Below are positions 25,255 to 36,351 of a stretch of 64,000 bases of DNA, piece after piece. The stretch's first letter is position 1, and every line of letters begins with the position of its first letter. Source of the stretch: Escherichia phage 4E10; sequence record OQ689735.1; one strand, 5' to 3'. The translations under genes and the position numbers were made by a program. The notes below the pieces were generated by a model that saw only the letters and a program-made list of their open reading frames with translations, was not told the origin of the DNA and made no database searches.

Positions 25255-27951
25255 TCAGCCAAACAGGAAGTCTAACGAAGCTTTTTCTTCATAGTCCATA
25301 CCAGCCGATTCACACATGCCTGCAAGCGGTTTAACAAACGATTTTTGGAACAAAGTTGAGTAGTCAATCCAAGACAGTACGTCAGAACGAATTTCTTTTG
25401 GAAGTTCTGTACCCGACGGCCAAGCAATGCACTTGTCACCAAATGGATTTCCTTCACGCAATGGAAGAACCATTACTTTATTTCCATCCAAAATTGGAGC
25501 TACACCTAAACCGCTAACAGCTCGACGATAAGTTAGCACACCACGAATATGGAACGGGCATTTAAATCCTGGCCAACCTTTATCATCATATTTCGCTATA
25601 TCGTTCGCAGTTTTTACTTCAGCAATAACTTTATAGTCAAGTTGACGATATTCTTTCTCGAAGTTCTTGTAATATTCTTGGACAGACTCTTCACCTTCCT
25701 GAAGAATACGACGAATACTTTCTTCGAGAGCTTCTTGGACCGCTTTAGGCGTTGAACTCTGCTGAGTTTCCATACCCATGATTTTTAGATGCGGTTCAGC
25801 AAATCGCTTATCTTCCATATCATAAACGTTCAGAGCATAACGCTTTTTCGCTTTCCAAAATCCACCAACGCCCTTTGAACCAAGTGGAGGGCAAGAAATA
25901 GCTTCACGGTCCATATGCATCAGATGCTCGCGGTTATTCATATAATCACATAACTCACGATATGCAACATCAATCATAGGTTCCATCTTTTTCTTACCGA
26001 ACTGATTCATGAATTCAACTAAATCGTTCTGCTCTTTGAATCGGTCAAGACCAACTTTTTCAATAACTTTATCTACACAAACATATACCGAATCAGTATC
26101 ACCTGCTGCGATGAAATCTTCGCCATTAGTTCCACATACTTTATTCAGATACTCATTAATTTTACGAGCAATCCACTGAATACCGACTTGACCAAAAATT
26201 GTAATAGCAGTAGCATTTCGCAAATCATAGTAGCGGAAATGAATATTACCAAGAGCACCGTAAAGGCTGTTAATAAGAATTTTACGGTTCAGCTGATTTG
26301 TATTAGCAAGTGTAGCCGCTTTTTCACATTCTTCAATCAAACTATTGAGAACAGATTCAGTATAATTCGATAGTTCATTTAAGAAATCATCACTGAACTT
26401 AACATATCGTTTAACTTCAGGTTTAGTTGAACAAGACCCTGCGCCTTTCATAATAATCTTTTTAATAGCTTCGGCATTCATTTCTTCAGCGAACATTTTC
26501 TTTTTCCAATCTTTACGCTGGAAAAATACTTTAGCGATTTCCTTTGGAATGATACCTTCTTGATGCTTATCATACATCCATCCATTCGGAGAACAAGAAT
26601 ATTCATCACTCGGTTTAGGAGCTGTTCCTGCGATATATTCATGAATTGGATGAACTTTAAACTGACCACGAATAGTCTCAGGACTAATGTTAACCTGACG
26701 AATAATGCTAGGATACAGAGACGTCAAGTCAAAACTCATAATATATCGACGAGCAATTGGTTTAGGTTCAAACACAAATGCACCCGGAAAACTTTGTTTA
26801 ACGTGCGAACCTTGTTGAGGAATAACCTTATGTTCACCTTTCAATGAGTTAAAAATAATAGCATCCCAAGTTTTAATAGGACTCATTACACCGGAAAAAG
26901 GCATTTTAGCGTAATAAGACATACTTAAAACTAGATCGATAAACCCGCGAATTTTATCAATTGCTTGAACTGATTCTACGTCAATGATGTTATAACTGAT
27001 ATATCGTTGATGATTAGTCTCACGAAGTTTATTAATAGGACCATCGTACGGTAATTTACCTTTTTTGGTTTCATGCTGAGCAACTGATTCCAAAGAGAAT
27101 GACGGCAAATTAGTAAATGCGAATTTCTTATACAAATCTAAATAATCAAGAATAGATACGCCATCAATAGAATAAATTTCTTTGCTACCGTACATATTTT
27201 GAATTAGTTTAGATTTTACCCGACCGATTGGAGAGAAGCGTTTCATACTGCGTTCACCGAGAACCATTTTAACACGATTCATGATATACGGAACGTCAAA
27301 TCCCTCAATATTCCAACCAGTAAAAATAGCAGGTCGTTTCTGTTCCCAAAGATTAATATATTCCATGAGCATATCACGCTCATTATCGAATGGCATATAA
27401 ATTACTCGGTCAAGAATTTCTTGAGGAACTTCATCACCACCTTCACAGTCAAGCTTAGCAGCTAACTTTGCATCCCATTTTGATACTGAACCGTACATTG
27501 AATTCAACAAATCAAAGACGTAAAAACGATCGTCAATTGAATCATAATGAGTGATAGCATCAATTTCATATTCTGCTTTCATTGGGTCAGGAAATTTATC
27601 ACCAGTAACCTCAATGTCACAGTTAGCTACACGAACAAATTTTCGGTCATAAACAATTTCTGAACCGTATGTATCACTGATATAAGCGAGTTTAAAATCG
27701 TTCATACCGAGAGCTTCGAGACCGATGTCTTCCATTCGTTTCATCCAATCTCGAGCATCTTTCATTGATGGAAATTTTTGAGGAGCACAGTTTTTACCAT
27801 AGATGTCTTTATATTTTGACTCTTCCTTACAATGCCTAAACATAGTTGGAAGATATTCTACTTCACGAGTACGTTCCTTTCCGTTTTCATCAATATAACG
27901 TTCAACAATGTTATTTCCGACTGTTTCGATAGAGATATAAAATTCTTTCAT
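25255..27951 (-). CDS. 43: DNA polymerase (family B)
   Basis: 898-aa ORF; exo motif CDIEV, pol motifs DLTSLYPS and GDTDS; T4 gp43 length. Confidence 0.95.
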   Translation of the reverse strand: MKEFYISIETVGNNIVERYIDENGKERTREVEYLPTMFRHCKEESKYKDIYGKNCAPQKFPSMKDARDWMKRMEDIGLEALGMNDFKLAYISDTYGSEIVYDRKFVRVANCDIEVTGDKFPDPMKAEYEIDAITHYDSIDDRFYVFDLLNSMYGSVSKWDAKLAAKLDCEGGDEVPQEILDRVIYMPFDNERDMLMEYINLWEQKRPAIFTGWNIEGFDVPYIMNRVKMVLGERSMKRFSPIGRVKSKLIQNMYGSKEIYSIDGVSILDYLDLYKKFAFTNLPSFSLESVAQHETKKGKLPYDGPINKLRETNHQRYISYNIIDVESVQAIDKIRGFIDLVLSMSYYAKMPFSGVMSPIKTWDAIIFNSLKGEHKVIPQQGSHVKQSFPGAFVFEPKPIARRYIMSFDLTSLYPSIIRQVNISPETIRGQFKVHPIHEYIAGTAPKPSDEYSCSPNGWMYDKHQEGIIPKEIAKVFFQRKDWKKKMFAEEMNAEAIKKIIMKGAGSCSTKPEVKRYVKFSDDFLNELSNYTESVLNSLIEECEKAATLANTNQLNRKILINSLYGALGNIHFRYYDLRNATAITIFGQVGIQWIARKINEYLNKVCGTNGEDFIAAGDTDSVYVCVDKVIEKVGLDRFKEQNDLVEFMNQFGKKKMEPMIDVAYRELCDYMNNREHLMHMDREAISCPPLGSKGVGGFWKAKKRYALNVYDMEDKRFAEPHLKIMGMETQQSSTPKAVQEALEESIRRILQEGEESVQEYYKNFEKEYRQLDYKVIAEVKTANDIAKYDDKGWPGFKCPFHIRGVLTYRRAVSGLGVAPILDGNKVMVLPLREGNPFGDKCIAWPSGTELPKEIRSDVLSWIDYSTLFQKSFVKPLAGMCESAGMDYEEKASLDFLFG

Positions 27952-28009
27952 AGATATTCCTTAGTTTATAGCCCGAGTTATTAGGCTCTTGATATATTAT
28001 ACTCCAATT

Positions 28010-28027
28010 AAGGGGCCGAAGCCCCTT
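28010..28027 (-). terminator. hairpin terminator (AAGGGGC-CGAA-GCCCCTT)
   Basis: Stem-loop after the stop of the 28030..28251 ORF. Confidence 0.5.
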
Positions 28028-28029
28028 GC

Positions 28030-28251
28030 TTAAATTAGTACTATTTGCCGGGTGAAAATTGTCAATCCATCTGCATTAATTGACTTAACGAATGCTGTAA
28101 AATGTTTTTGTTCTGGATGAACTAGTTTTTGAAATTCTACTTGAAATTTTAGTTGGAGGTTTTCTGGTAAATCAAAAAGTGTTTCTGTTGCAGAAAGATT
28201 ATATTTTTCTTTAAGAGACGCCATGTATTCTTGTGGAGTTATAGCAGTCAT
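28030..28251 (-). CDS. hypothetical protein
   Basis: Track ORF 28030..28293 trimmed to internal ATG (MTAITPQEY...) adjacent to regA stop. Confidence 0.45.
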   Translation of the reverse strand: MTAITPQEYMASLKEKYNLSATETLFDLPENLQLKFQVEFQKLVHPEQKHFTAFVKSINADGLTIFTRQIVLI

Positions 28252-28252
28252 A

Positions 28253-28621
28253 TTAATTACCAATCGTATATTTAGGAACGAGTTTCCATTCATGTTTTTG
28301 TTTAAAAGAAATAACTCGGAAGTTATTAGTTAAATCTTTCATAAAAGTTCTTTGTCCAGGAACGATTTCAATCAATCCCCAATCTTCTAACAACCATGCA
28401 ATCGAATCACGACGAACTTCATCTTCTTCTGTCATTTCAACTTGACGACCATCCATACGAAGCATTTCTTTAAAATGAACGATATAGTATAGTCCTTTTT
28501 TCTGAAGAATATGACAGGACTGATACAGAACTTTATCTTTATTATTAGCAATTCCCATACGAGTCAAAGTTTCTTTTACTTTCAGAAAATCTTCAGGTTT
28601 TTTAAGAGTAATTTCAATCAT
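28253..28621 (-). CDS. regA: translational repressor RegA
   Basis: 122-aa ORF; matches T4 RegA. Confidence 0.9.
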   Translation of the reverse strand: MIEITLKKPEDFLKVKETLTRMGIANNKDKVLYQSCHILQKKGLYYIVHFKEMLRMDGRQVEMTEEDEVRRDSIAWLLEDWGLIEIVPGQRTFMKDLTNNFRVISFKQKHEWKLVPKYTIGN

Positions 28622-28622
28622 T

Positions 28623-29186
28623 TTACCATTCCAATGCTAGTTTTTTGAGTTGTTTCTGTTCTTTTACGTTCTTAGTCACTTCTTTCAAAAAATCATCCGT
28701 GACTAAACCTTTTAGTTCTTTTAATACTAAAGGAAGTTTTCCATTTTTAGTAAGAATTGATTTATAGTTAATTGCATCATTTGTATTAACTTGATACCGC
28801 TTAGCAAGTAACTTAATAATCAATACTTCGGTGGAATCTTCAACCAGTTTTGCCCATTTACCATATCTTTTACCACGAGGAACAGCAGCCATTAGATAAT
28901 TAAAATGGGCTTCATCACTTAAGCCTGATCCAATTAAATTCATAGCATATACAGCTGGCATGCACTCTGGAAATTGTGATAATGCATTTTCAACCATGAA
29001 TTTTGAATAATCTTTTTGAGCAATAGAGCATTTAGTTTTATTATTAATAGCTCCAATTATTTCAAAAAACTCATTTTCAGCTTTTTCTTTAAAAGAATCA
29101 GCAGCGGATTGGACAGCTGTCCAATCTTTTGAATACCAAGCAACTTGATGCTCGTTTAATTGAATATCATCTTCAAATAAGCTCAT
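28623..29186 (-). CDS. 62: clamp loader small subunit
   Basis: Track ORF trimmed to MSLFEDD start, giving 187 aa as in T4 gp62. Confidence 0.85.
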   Translation of the reverse strand: MSLFEDDIQLNEHQVAWYSKDWTAVQSAADSFKEKAENEFFEIIGAINNKTKCSIAQKDYSKFMVENALSQFPECMPAVYAMNLIGSGLSDEAHFNYLMAAVPRGKRYGKWAKLVEDSTEVLIIKLLAKRYQVNTNDAINYKSILTKNGKLPLVLKELKGLVTDDFLKEVTKNVKEQKQLKKLALEW

Positions 29187-29187
29187 A

Positions 29188-30147
29188 TCACTTCCACTGC
29201 ATTTCACATGCTAACTGAATGAAAAGATAAGCTAAATGCAATTCAGTATTAGCTGCAATACCATGATACTGATTATTTTCGCCGACAATTTCGTACATAC
29301 GAATAATACTCTGTGGAGTTACACGTGAATAGATTTCTTCGGCAAGTTTACCCACGAACCACGAATAATCGGCTGCATATTTTGGTGCTAAAGCTCTGAG
29401 TTGTTTAACATCTTTATTTTTGAGAGACTCAAGAACATCATCAATAGCACCACGATCGTTAGTAACCAGTGATAAAATACCAGCATCCAAAACACCTTTA
29501 GATGAATAACTATCGAGCTCACCAATAGTTTTACGAAAATCAGGAAAATTCTTTTTAACCAAAGCTGCTACAACTTTCATATCAGCTATAGCAATTCCTT
29601 CATGCTTGCAGATTTCAGTCAATCGACGAATCATCTGCTTCATCATTTCAATTTTATCTTCATCAGTTGGTTGACCGAATGTAATAACTCGGCAACGTGA
29701 CTGAAGTGGTTTAATAATACCATCAATATTGTTAGCAGTAATAATAATACTACAGTTTGAACTATAAGCTTCCATAAAGGAACGAAGATGTCGCTGAGAC
29801 TCTGCTAGCCCTGAACGGTCAAATTCATCAATAACGATTACTTTTTGACGACCATCAAATGAAGCTGCACTAGCAAAATTAGTCAAAGGACCGCGAACGA
29901 AATCAATTTTACAATCTGACCCATTCACAAACATCATATCAGCATTTACATCATGACACAATGCTTTTGCTACAGTTGTTTTACCTGTTCCTGGAGAAGG
30001 AGAATGAAGAATAATATGTGGAATCTTACCTTTACTTGTAATAGATTTAAAGGTTTCTTTATCAAAGGCGGGAAGAATACATTCATCGATAGTAGATGGA
30101 CGATATTTCTGTTCAAGAATGTGTTCTTTTTCATTTACGGTAATCAT
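29188..30147 (-). CDS. 44: clamp loader ATPase subunit (AAA+)
   Basis: Trimmed to MITVNEK start, 319 aa; Walker [11 protein letters not shown]. Confidence 0.9.
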
Positions 30148-30181
30148 AATTTCCTCATTCAAGTTTTAGTGTAAATTATAA

Positions 30182-30195
30182 AGGGCCGAAGCCCT
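30182..30195 (-). terminator. hairpin terminator (AGGGC-CGAA-GCCCT)
   Basis: Stem-loop after gene 45 stop. Confidence 0.45.
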
Positions 30196-30198
30196 CTA

Positions 30199-30885
30199 TT
30201 AAAAATCGTGGGTAGAATCAGCTTCAAGAGCTACTACATAATTCGCGTGTTCACCTTCAAATTTAGCAGCACCTTGTTTACCTTTTGCCCAGAGTAAAAG
30301 TTTATAATTTCCTGGTTGCATTTTCATATTTGCCATATTGATAATGAAATTAAATGTATTTTCACCATCATAATCACCAAGAGTCAAAGAATATTTAACA
30401 CGGGTAAGAGCAGAATCTTCTACTTTATTAAAACCGTTAATTACGATTTTACCTTCTTTTACTGTGATAGCAATTGTATCAATCTGCAGACCACGAGATA
30501 CACGCAACAGTTGTTGAAGGTCTTCAGCTTTAATTTCAGTAACAACAGATGCTACCGGGAATGGAATTGGTTTATTAGGAGCAACTACTGTGCTCGGATC
30601 AGCTGCTGGCCAAAAAATTGTTGAACGAGCATCAGCAATTTTAATATTTCCATCTTCTGACTGGGAAATTTCTGCATCGTCATTAACTAGGGACAGAATA
30701 CCGAGAAAACCGTTCAAATCGTAAATTGCTACATCAAAATCAATAGTGTCAGAAATATTTGCTTCCGCATAAGTTGTACCATTAACTGCACGAGTCATAA
30801 TAAATTGACCAGATTTAAGCATAATGCCAGAGTTAATAGTAGCGAAATTTTTAAGCAGAGCAGTAGTATCTTTAGACAGTTTCAT
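30199..30885 (-). CDS. 45: sliding clamp
   Basis: 228-aa ORF; matches T4 gp45. Confidence 0.9.
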   Translation of the reverse strand: MKLSKDTTALLKNFATINSGIMLKSGQFIMTRAVNGTTYAEANISDTIDFDVAIYDLNGFLGILSLVNDDAEISQSEDGNIKIADARSTIFWPAADPSTVVAPNKPIPFPVASVVTEIKAEDLQQLLRVSRGLQIDTIAITVKEGKIVINGFNKVEDSALTRVKYSLTLGDYDGENTFNFIINMANMKMQPGNYKLLLWAKGKQGAAKFEGEHANYVVALEADSTHDF

Positions 30886-30940
30886 GTAATTTCCTTCAAT
30901 TCAAATGAGATTTAATTTTATAACTAATTTAATAAAGCAA

Positions 30941-31330
30941 TTAACGATTAAAATCGGCAGCAATTGTTTCCGCAACAAGTTGAGCAGCAACAATTAGACG
31001 TTCATCTGCATTACCACAATAATCATCTTCAAGACGTTCACCGCATGAAGTCATAATAAATTTAGCACCGGCGTTTAGGGATTCTGTAGTATGTTTGCGC
31101 ATTAGTTCAATCCATTTATTACTTACTTCACGATCGATAGCTTCATAATACGCATGACGAGCAGGTGCAGATTTAATTTTGTTCTGAATAACTTCCATTG
31201 CGTTATCAGAAAGAGACAAAACCCATGCTCGACGAATTTTATTTTGGTTTTGTGGATTTGATTCAGAACGCACGTGTTTTGGCTGAATATCTTTTACATC
31301 AACAGTATAATTCACAGTAATTTTAGTCAT
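30941..31330 (-). CDS. rpbA: RNA polymerase-binding protein RpbA
   Basis: 129-aa ORF directly downstream of 45; T4 RpbA size and position. Confidence 0.65.
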   Translation of the reverse strand: MTKITVNYTVDVKDIQPKHVRSESNPQNQNKIRRAWVLSLSDNAMEVIQNKIKSAPARHAYYEAIDREVSNKWIELMRKHTTESLNAGAKFIMTSCGERLEDDYCGNADERLIVAAQLVAETIAADFNR

Positions 31331-31339
31331 AATACACCT

Positions 31340-31528
31340 TTAGTCATAATAATCAGTAACAGTCCAAGCTTCATTTCTATTGGACATTATTTTTGTATAT
31401 TCTGCTTTAAATGCATTCCTAAGCATAGATTCAGTAACTATATGCTCTTCATTAGAAAAATTATTTCTCAGAATATATCGTTTTATTTCAGGAATAGTTA
31501 ATAGATGTTGTCCAGTTGAATATTCCAT
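31340..31528 (-). CDS. small hypothetical protein (45.2 position)
   Basis: 62-aa ORF. Confidence 0.5.
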   Translation of the reverse strand: MEYSTGQHLLTIPEIKRYILRNNFSNEEHIVTESMLRNAFKAEYTKIMSNRNEAWTVTDYYD

Positions 31529-31583
31529 GTTTTTCCTCCACAGAGATTATACTCTAATAAATTAAAGCATAATCTCTTATAAA

Positions 31584-33266
31584 TTAAACCATTACAGTAA
31601 ATCGACCAACTTTCTTCATTTGAAGGTGCTGACCATATGCTTGTGGGTCATGGTCTCTATGCGAAATAACAAAAACATTAGTATTTTTTAAACTATCTAA
31701 AATAGTTGAAATAGCTTTTACACCTTCAACATCGGTCGCTGAATCAAAAACTTCATCAAGAATTAGTGTGTTTATTTTAACACCTGAAACTTTTTCAGCA
31801 ATATCACGCCAAGTAAATAAAAGAGCAATATCAATTCGTGCTTTTTCACCTTGACTGAATGAAGCATAACTAAAATCTTCACGACCACGGGATTTAATTG
31901 TCTCATTAAATTCTTCATCTAATGTAAACACATAATCCGCTTCCATTATTTTAAGATAATGGTTAATCTGCTTATTAAATAATGGAATGTACTTTTTAAT
32001 AATAGCACCTTTAATACCAGAATCTTTGAGCATATCAGTCAAAATTCCTCGGTGGTATTTTTCCATTACTAAATTAGTTTTTGTCTTAACAATTTTATCA
32101 AGTTCTTCTTGAAGCAGTGCTATTTCATCAGCATGGTCAATAAACTCAGAAGATGCTTTTTCTATAGCCGCTTTAACCTTTTTAGCTTTATCTACTGTCG
32201 TGATTAGAGATTGCTTTTTATTGCGAATATCATTTGCCAACGACTGCTGGGTTTTAATATTATCTCGGTATTCATCAACAAGAACTTTTAAATTATCACG
32301 GTGTGTTGAAAGCTGTTCAAACGAATGCGTGCATTCAGAAACTTTATCTTTAATTTTAGAAACAACTTTATCACCGGAACTCAATTGTGACAAACAGGTT
32401 GGACATAATCCACCTTCGTGATACATATTAATGACTTTATTATACGAGTCAATTTTTGATTTAATTAAAACTGCTTCTTGACCGATTTTATTAAATGCAT
32501 CAGTCGGGTCTTCGTCTAAAACAATATTAACTAATCTTTCGTTAGCTTCTTCTATTTCCGATTTTAGCGTTCTAGCTTCTTTTGCCAAATCATCATACAT
32601 ATTTTGCAGACGAGTAAGGTTGTCACCCGTTAATTTTTTCTGGCGTTCAACGTTATCATTATATATTTTAATTTGTTGGATAATACTATCTTTTTTAACA
32701 TCAAGCACTTGGTTTTGTGAATTTAATTCACGTATTAGTGCTTTATTAAGCTTATCCATTTCAGCTAATGTTCCTACCTCAAGCAGGTCTTCCACAAGCT
32801 TTCTTCGTGCAGGGGTCGACAAACCCATGAAAGGGGTATACCCTGCTGTACCAAGGACAACAATCTGCTTGAAACTGGCATATGACATTCCGATAAGCTG
32901 TTCAAATTCTGCTTGGAAATCTTTACTGCTGGCAGATTCATTAAGACGTGTACCGTTAACGGTGATTTCGAAAACGTTTGGTTTTTGTCCTCTTTTGATA
33001 TAGTACTTTTTCTCATCATATTCCATCCACAGTTCAACTAAAAGTTCTTTCTTATTTGTGCTGTTTATTAATTGACCTTTCTTTACATCACGAAATGGCT
33101 TACCAAAAAGCCCAAATGTGATGGCTTCTAACATAGTAGACTTACCACCGCCATTTCGTCCAGTAATAAGAGTTTTTTGAACCTTATCTAATTGAATGTC
33201 AATAGGATTTCCACCTACTGACATTATATTTTGATACCTAACTCGGTTTAGTTTAAAATTCTTCAC
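31584..33266 (-). CDS. 46: recombination nuclease ATPase subunit (Rad50/SbcC-like)
   Basis: 560-aa ORF; Walker A GRNGGGKST, Walker B LDEVFD, central coiled coil. Confidence 0.9.
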   Translation of the reverse strand: MKNFKLNRVRYQNIMSVGGNPIDIQLDKVQKTLITGRNGGGKSTMLEAITFGLFGKPFRDVKKGQLINSTNKKELLVELWMEYDEKKYYIKRGQKPNVFEITVNGTRLNESASSKDFQAEFEQLIGMSYASFKQIVVLGTAGYTPFMGLSTPARRKLVEDLLEVGTLAEMDKLNKALIRELNSQNQVLDVKKDSIIQQIKIYNDNVERQKKLTGDNLTRLQNMYDDLAKEARTLKSEIEEANERLVNIVLDEDPTDAFNKIGQEAVLIKSKIDSYNKVINMYHEGGLCPTCLSQLSSGDKVVSKIKDKVSECTHSFEQLSTHRDNLKVLVDEYRDNIKTQQSLANDIRNKKQSLITTVDKAKKVKAAIEKASSEFIDHADEIALLQEELDKIVKTKTNLVMEKYHRGILTDMLKDSGIKGAIIKKYIPLFNKQINHYLKIMEADYVFTLDEEFNETIKSRGREDFSYASFSQGEKARIDIALLFTWRDIAEKVSGVKINTLILDEVFDSATDVEGVKAISTILDSLKNTNVFVISHRDHDPQAYGQHLQMKKVGRFTVMV

Positions 33267-33526
33267 AAAAGATTCCTTTTAATGTATCTTTTAGACCATT
33301 CTATCATATCATCATAATCTAAAAAGTATTCATCAAATTCAGCCATACAAACAACACCTTGTGCTGCTTTTGATGTGATATAAATTATTCCAACATATCT
33401 AGAATCTTCTTCGGTATAATCAATATTTGCTATGAATTCATCATTAATGTCAAATGTCGAAAACTTCACAGTATGCATCCTTAATACAAGATACAGCCAT
33501 ATCTTGTAATGATTTAGGTGTGTCAT
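33263..33526 (-). CDS. small hypothetical protein (46.1 position)
   Basis: 87-aa ORF; start uncertain, overlaps next ORF in another frame. Confidence 0.4.
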   Translation of the reverse strand: MTHLNHYKIWLYLVLRMHTVKFSTFDINDEFIANIDYTEEDSRYVGIIYITSKAAQGVVCMAEFDEYFLDYDDMIEWSKRYIKRNLL

Positions 33527-33713
33527 TATCTAAAATGTTGAAGTTAAAAGATACAGCCCAGTCAGTGCAGACTGTAACCTTTTTAATACAATTATCTTCA
33601 ACCTCTAACGGTTCAAACCAATATTCAATAATTTCTTTATGCCCAATATCATCTTTTACTTCGCATTCAAAATGCTGACTCATCATAACATTTTTAAATT
33701 CATCAAAAGTCAT
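33450..33713 (-). CDS. small hypothetical protein (46.2 position)
   Basis: 87-aa ORF between 47 and 46. Confidence 0.45.
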   Translation of the reverse strand: MTFDEFKNVMMSQHFECEVKDDIGHKEIIEYWFEPLEVEDNCIKKVTVCTDWAVSFNFNILDNDTPKSLQDMAVSCIKDAYCEVFDI

Positions 33714-34729
33714 TGTGTTGCCTCTACATATAGCTGGTTTGCATATTGAATAAGTGCTTCACGGTCAGAATCAGTGATGTCTGGAATTGCATTAATGTAT
33801 TCTTCCATCAACGTCTGAAGAGATTGAACTTCAACTTCTTCACTGTCATCTGACTCGACAGAGTTATCAATTTTTGACACAACTCGTAATGAATGCACAA
33901 CTTTTTCTAGTTCAGATTCGAACTTCGTTAGATTTTTGTCTACTTCAGTTACTATAACACGTACTGATAGATTTGTAAAATCTTTATAGTCAATTTTTCC
34001 TTTAAATGGATAATGAATTCTACGATGCCAGGTAGTGTTGTTTGGAATAAATTCCATTCGTTCTGTTTCTGTATCAAACATCCAGAACCCACGAGGGTCA
34101 TTCTCGTCACCTGCAGTTAGTGTCCATGGTGTCCCAATATATCTGACGTTAGCAGCCTCAGAGATAGTATGGAAGTGACCAGACCACACTTCTTTATAAG
34201 TCTTAAGGAAATCAGGTTCAAGACCATGAGATTTCATTCCTTTATAAAAATAAAATCCGTTCAGTTCCCAGTGACCAACGCAAAAAGAAGCAGATGAAGT
34301 TTTGATGTGTTCAAGAATTTCACCAGTATTTTCTTCACACATCCAAGGAATTAAATCAATTAAACATCCGTCAAAATCTACTGTAGTAGGCTTATCATAT
34401 ACTTTAACATTAGGATATTTAGCCAAAAGCTCAGTAGAGGCATTTGGAGTTAAAGTATTTTTAAAGTGCATATCATGGTTTCCTACAACAGTATGTAGGG
34501 TAATACCAGCATCATCAAGCATTTGAACTATTTCACGAGCGAACTCCATAGTTTTATGCGTGATTGCTTTTCGCACATCAAAAATATCGCCGTATTGAAT
34601 CCATGTAGTAATTCCATTTTTCTTAGAATATTCTATTGCTTGTTTAATTCCATCCAACTGAATGGATTGAACCCACTCATCATCGGCTTTAACGCCTAAA
34701 TGCCAATCACCTAAATTTAAAATTTTCAT
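33710..34729 (-). CDS. 47: recombination nuclease subunit (Mre11/SbcD-like)
   Basis: 339-aa ORF; phosphoesterase motifs GDWHLG and GNHD. Confidence 0.9.
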   Translation of the reverse strand: MKILNLGDWHLGVKADDEWVQSIQLDGIKQAIEYSKKNGITTWIQYGDIFDVRKAITHKTMEFAREIVQMLDDAGITLHTVVGNHDMHFKNTLTPNASTELLAKYPNVKVYDKPTTVDFDGCLIDLIPWMCEENTGEILEHIKTSSASFCVGHWELNGFYFYKGMKSHGLEPDFLKTYKEVWSGHFHTISEAANVRYIGTPWTLTAGDENDPRGFWMFDTETERMEFIPNNTTWHRRIHYPFKGKIDYKDFTNLSVRVIVTEVDKNLTKFESELEKVVHSLRVVSKIDNSVESDDSEEVEVQSLQTLMEEYINAIPDITDSDREALIQYANQLYVEATQ

Positions 34730-34866
34730 ATATCAAGAACCGTCATTGAAATGCAAAATAAAATTATTGAAATAAACCCATCTGGTGTGCTAAAGAACCC
34801 AATCCAACATGCTCTAGTGAATAGATAAAATGCGAGAAAAAGTATCACATATCCAAGAAATATCAT
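34726..34866 (-). CDS. small hydrophobic peptide (47.1 position)
   Basis: 46-aa ORF below cutoff (MIFLGYVILFLAFYLF...); stop overlaps gene 47 ATG. Confidence 0.4.
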   Translation of the reverse strand: MIFLGYVILFLAFYLFTRACWIGFFSTPDGFISIILFCISMTVLDI

Positions 34867-34890
34867 TATATCAAACTCCGTATAAAGCTA

Positions 34891-34906
34891 AAGGGCCGAA
34901 GCCCTT
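34891..34906 (-). terminator. hairpin terminator (AAGGGC-CGAA-GCCCTT)
   Basis: Stem-loop after alpha-gt stop. Confidence 0.5.
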
Positions 34907-36108
34907 TATTTTGTAATAATGTCAAACTGTTCTTTAAAGCAGAAGCTTGAATCTTGATGCTGATACAAAAATTCATATGCTTTTTCTCGCTCACGGTCAT
35001 AAAGAGCTCGGTCAGATGACAGTTCTTTAATACGCTCAAATGTTGATTCCATATCATTTTCATCAAACCAAATGATACCGCTATCATGCGAGGTCAAAGG
35101 AGTATTATCAACACGGAATTTTAAATTTTCGCCAGTAGATTTCCAGAAAACAGGAATTGTTCCACATGCACCAAGCTCGAGATGAGTATATTCTAAAGAA
35201 CGTTGTAGATATTTTTTATCCAACTTACTCAACTGATAACCAAAACCGGATTTACTCATACGTTCAAGCATTTCGCTATTTACATAACGGTCAAGAATTT
35301 GCGTTGGCAAATTAGGAGCAATTTTAATTTGGTCTACTTGATGAAGACGATAATACTCGTATGGAATTCCTTTTTCTTTAATAGGAATGAACGCTGGAGA
35401 ACGTTCCAGACCTTCCATAATAGTACTTAGTCCTGCAGGTTTAAGATGTTTTTCATGAAAATCAAACATCTGATAAAAACCTTTCCATGTAGTCGTGCGA
35501 CCAATCCAACGGTTGATATTCATGTTAATTTCAGAAACATCTTTCCAGTAGGTTGACCGAACCTTCGCAATATCCATAGGAGGCTGAAAGTTATATACGG
35601 TCGGTGCTTCTTCAATATCATCAAACAGAGAAACAGTTTCTGGATACCATTCTTTCATCAGAACTTTATTAAAATCGCCATTATCAGAATGGCTAAAAAT
35701 AACATCAGCTCGACGAACAGTTTCTTCTAATCCCAAATTTCGACGCAAAGAAAGAGAAGAATGGTCATGTTGATAAACTACAACACGAACAGAAGGTTTA
35801 ATGTTATCAATAATTTTTTTATAGTTATTAATAGTGTCTTCTTCAACCGAAGTAGCAGGAACTGAATTGATAATTAGAATATCACAATCATTTACCAGCT
35901 TAAGTGTTTTATCATATTCTTTTGCCAATAAAACCGGAATTGAAAATGATTTATAATCATGCGCGCAATTACGAGTAAATGATTTATCTTTAGCATAAAC
36001 CAAAGTTACTTCATGACCATTCTTAATAAACCAATCACGTTGCTCAAGAGAAAATTTAGTTACACCACAACCTTCAAGACCTCGAGCCATAAAAATACAT
36101 ACTTTCAT
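34906..36108 (-). CDS. agt: DNA alpha-glucosyltransferase
   Basis: 400-aa ORF; strong match to T4 alpha-gt (MKVCIFMARGLEGCGVTKF...). Confidence 0.9.
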   Translation of the reverse strand: MKVCIFMARGLEGCGVTKFSLEQRDWFIKNGHEVTLVYAKDKSFTRNCAHDYKSFSIPVLLAKEYDKTLKLVNDCDILIINSVPATSVEEDTINNYKKIIDNIKPSVRVVVYQHDHSSLSLRRNLGLEETVRRADVIFSHSDNGDFNKVLMKEWYPETVSLFDDIEEAPTVYNFQPPMDIAKVRSTYWKDVSEINMNINRWIGRTTTWKGFYQMFDFHEKHLKPAGLSTIMEGLERSPAFIPIKEKGIPYEYYRLHQVDQIKIAPNLPTQILDRYVNSEMLERMSKSGFGYQLSKLDKKYLQRSLEYTHLELGACGTIPVFWKSTGENLKFRVDNTPLTSHDSGIIWFDENDMESTFERIKELSSDRALYDREREKAYEFLYQHQDSSFCFKEQFDIITK

Positions 36109-36159
36109 TTAATATCCTCTTTGTTTTGGTTTATTTTACCAAAAATTTATAAAGCAATA

Positions 36160-36177
36160 TAGGAGCCGAAGCTCCTA
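36160..36177 (-). terminator. hairpin terminator (TAGGAGC-CGAA-GCTCCTA)
   Basis: Stem-loop overlapping the stop of the 36175..36348 ORF. Confidence 0.45.
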
Positions 36178-36348
36178 TCCACATAATACGCCATACAGAG
36201 GCTCGTTAGAACTTTTAAATTTTATGCGCTTATATTTTATAGTTCCTTCTGCTTTAGCTTTATCATGAGACTCTTTAAAGCGTCTCATCATTTCCTCTTT
36301 AGAGGAACGAATTTTATTATAATCTATTTCAGAAGTCTGGGTGTTCAT
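36175..36348 (-). CDS. small hypothetical protein
   Basis: 57-aa ORF below cutoff (MNTQTSEIDYNKIRSSKEEMM...). Confidence 0.4.
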   Translation of the reverse strand: MNTQTSEIDYNKIRSSKEEMMRRFKESHDKAKAEGTIKYKRIKFKSSNEPLYGVLCG

Positions 36349-36351
36349 CTT

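Noticed and set aside
34866-35087. 73-aa minus-strand ORF overlapping the 3-prime end of alpha-gt
   Set aside because: Out-of-frame overlap with a confidently identified gene. The true small gene here is the 46-aa ORF at 34726..34866.
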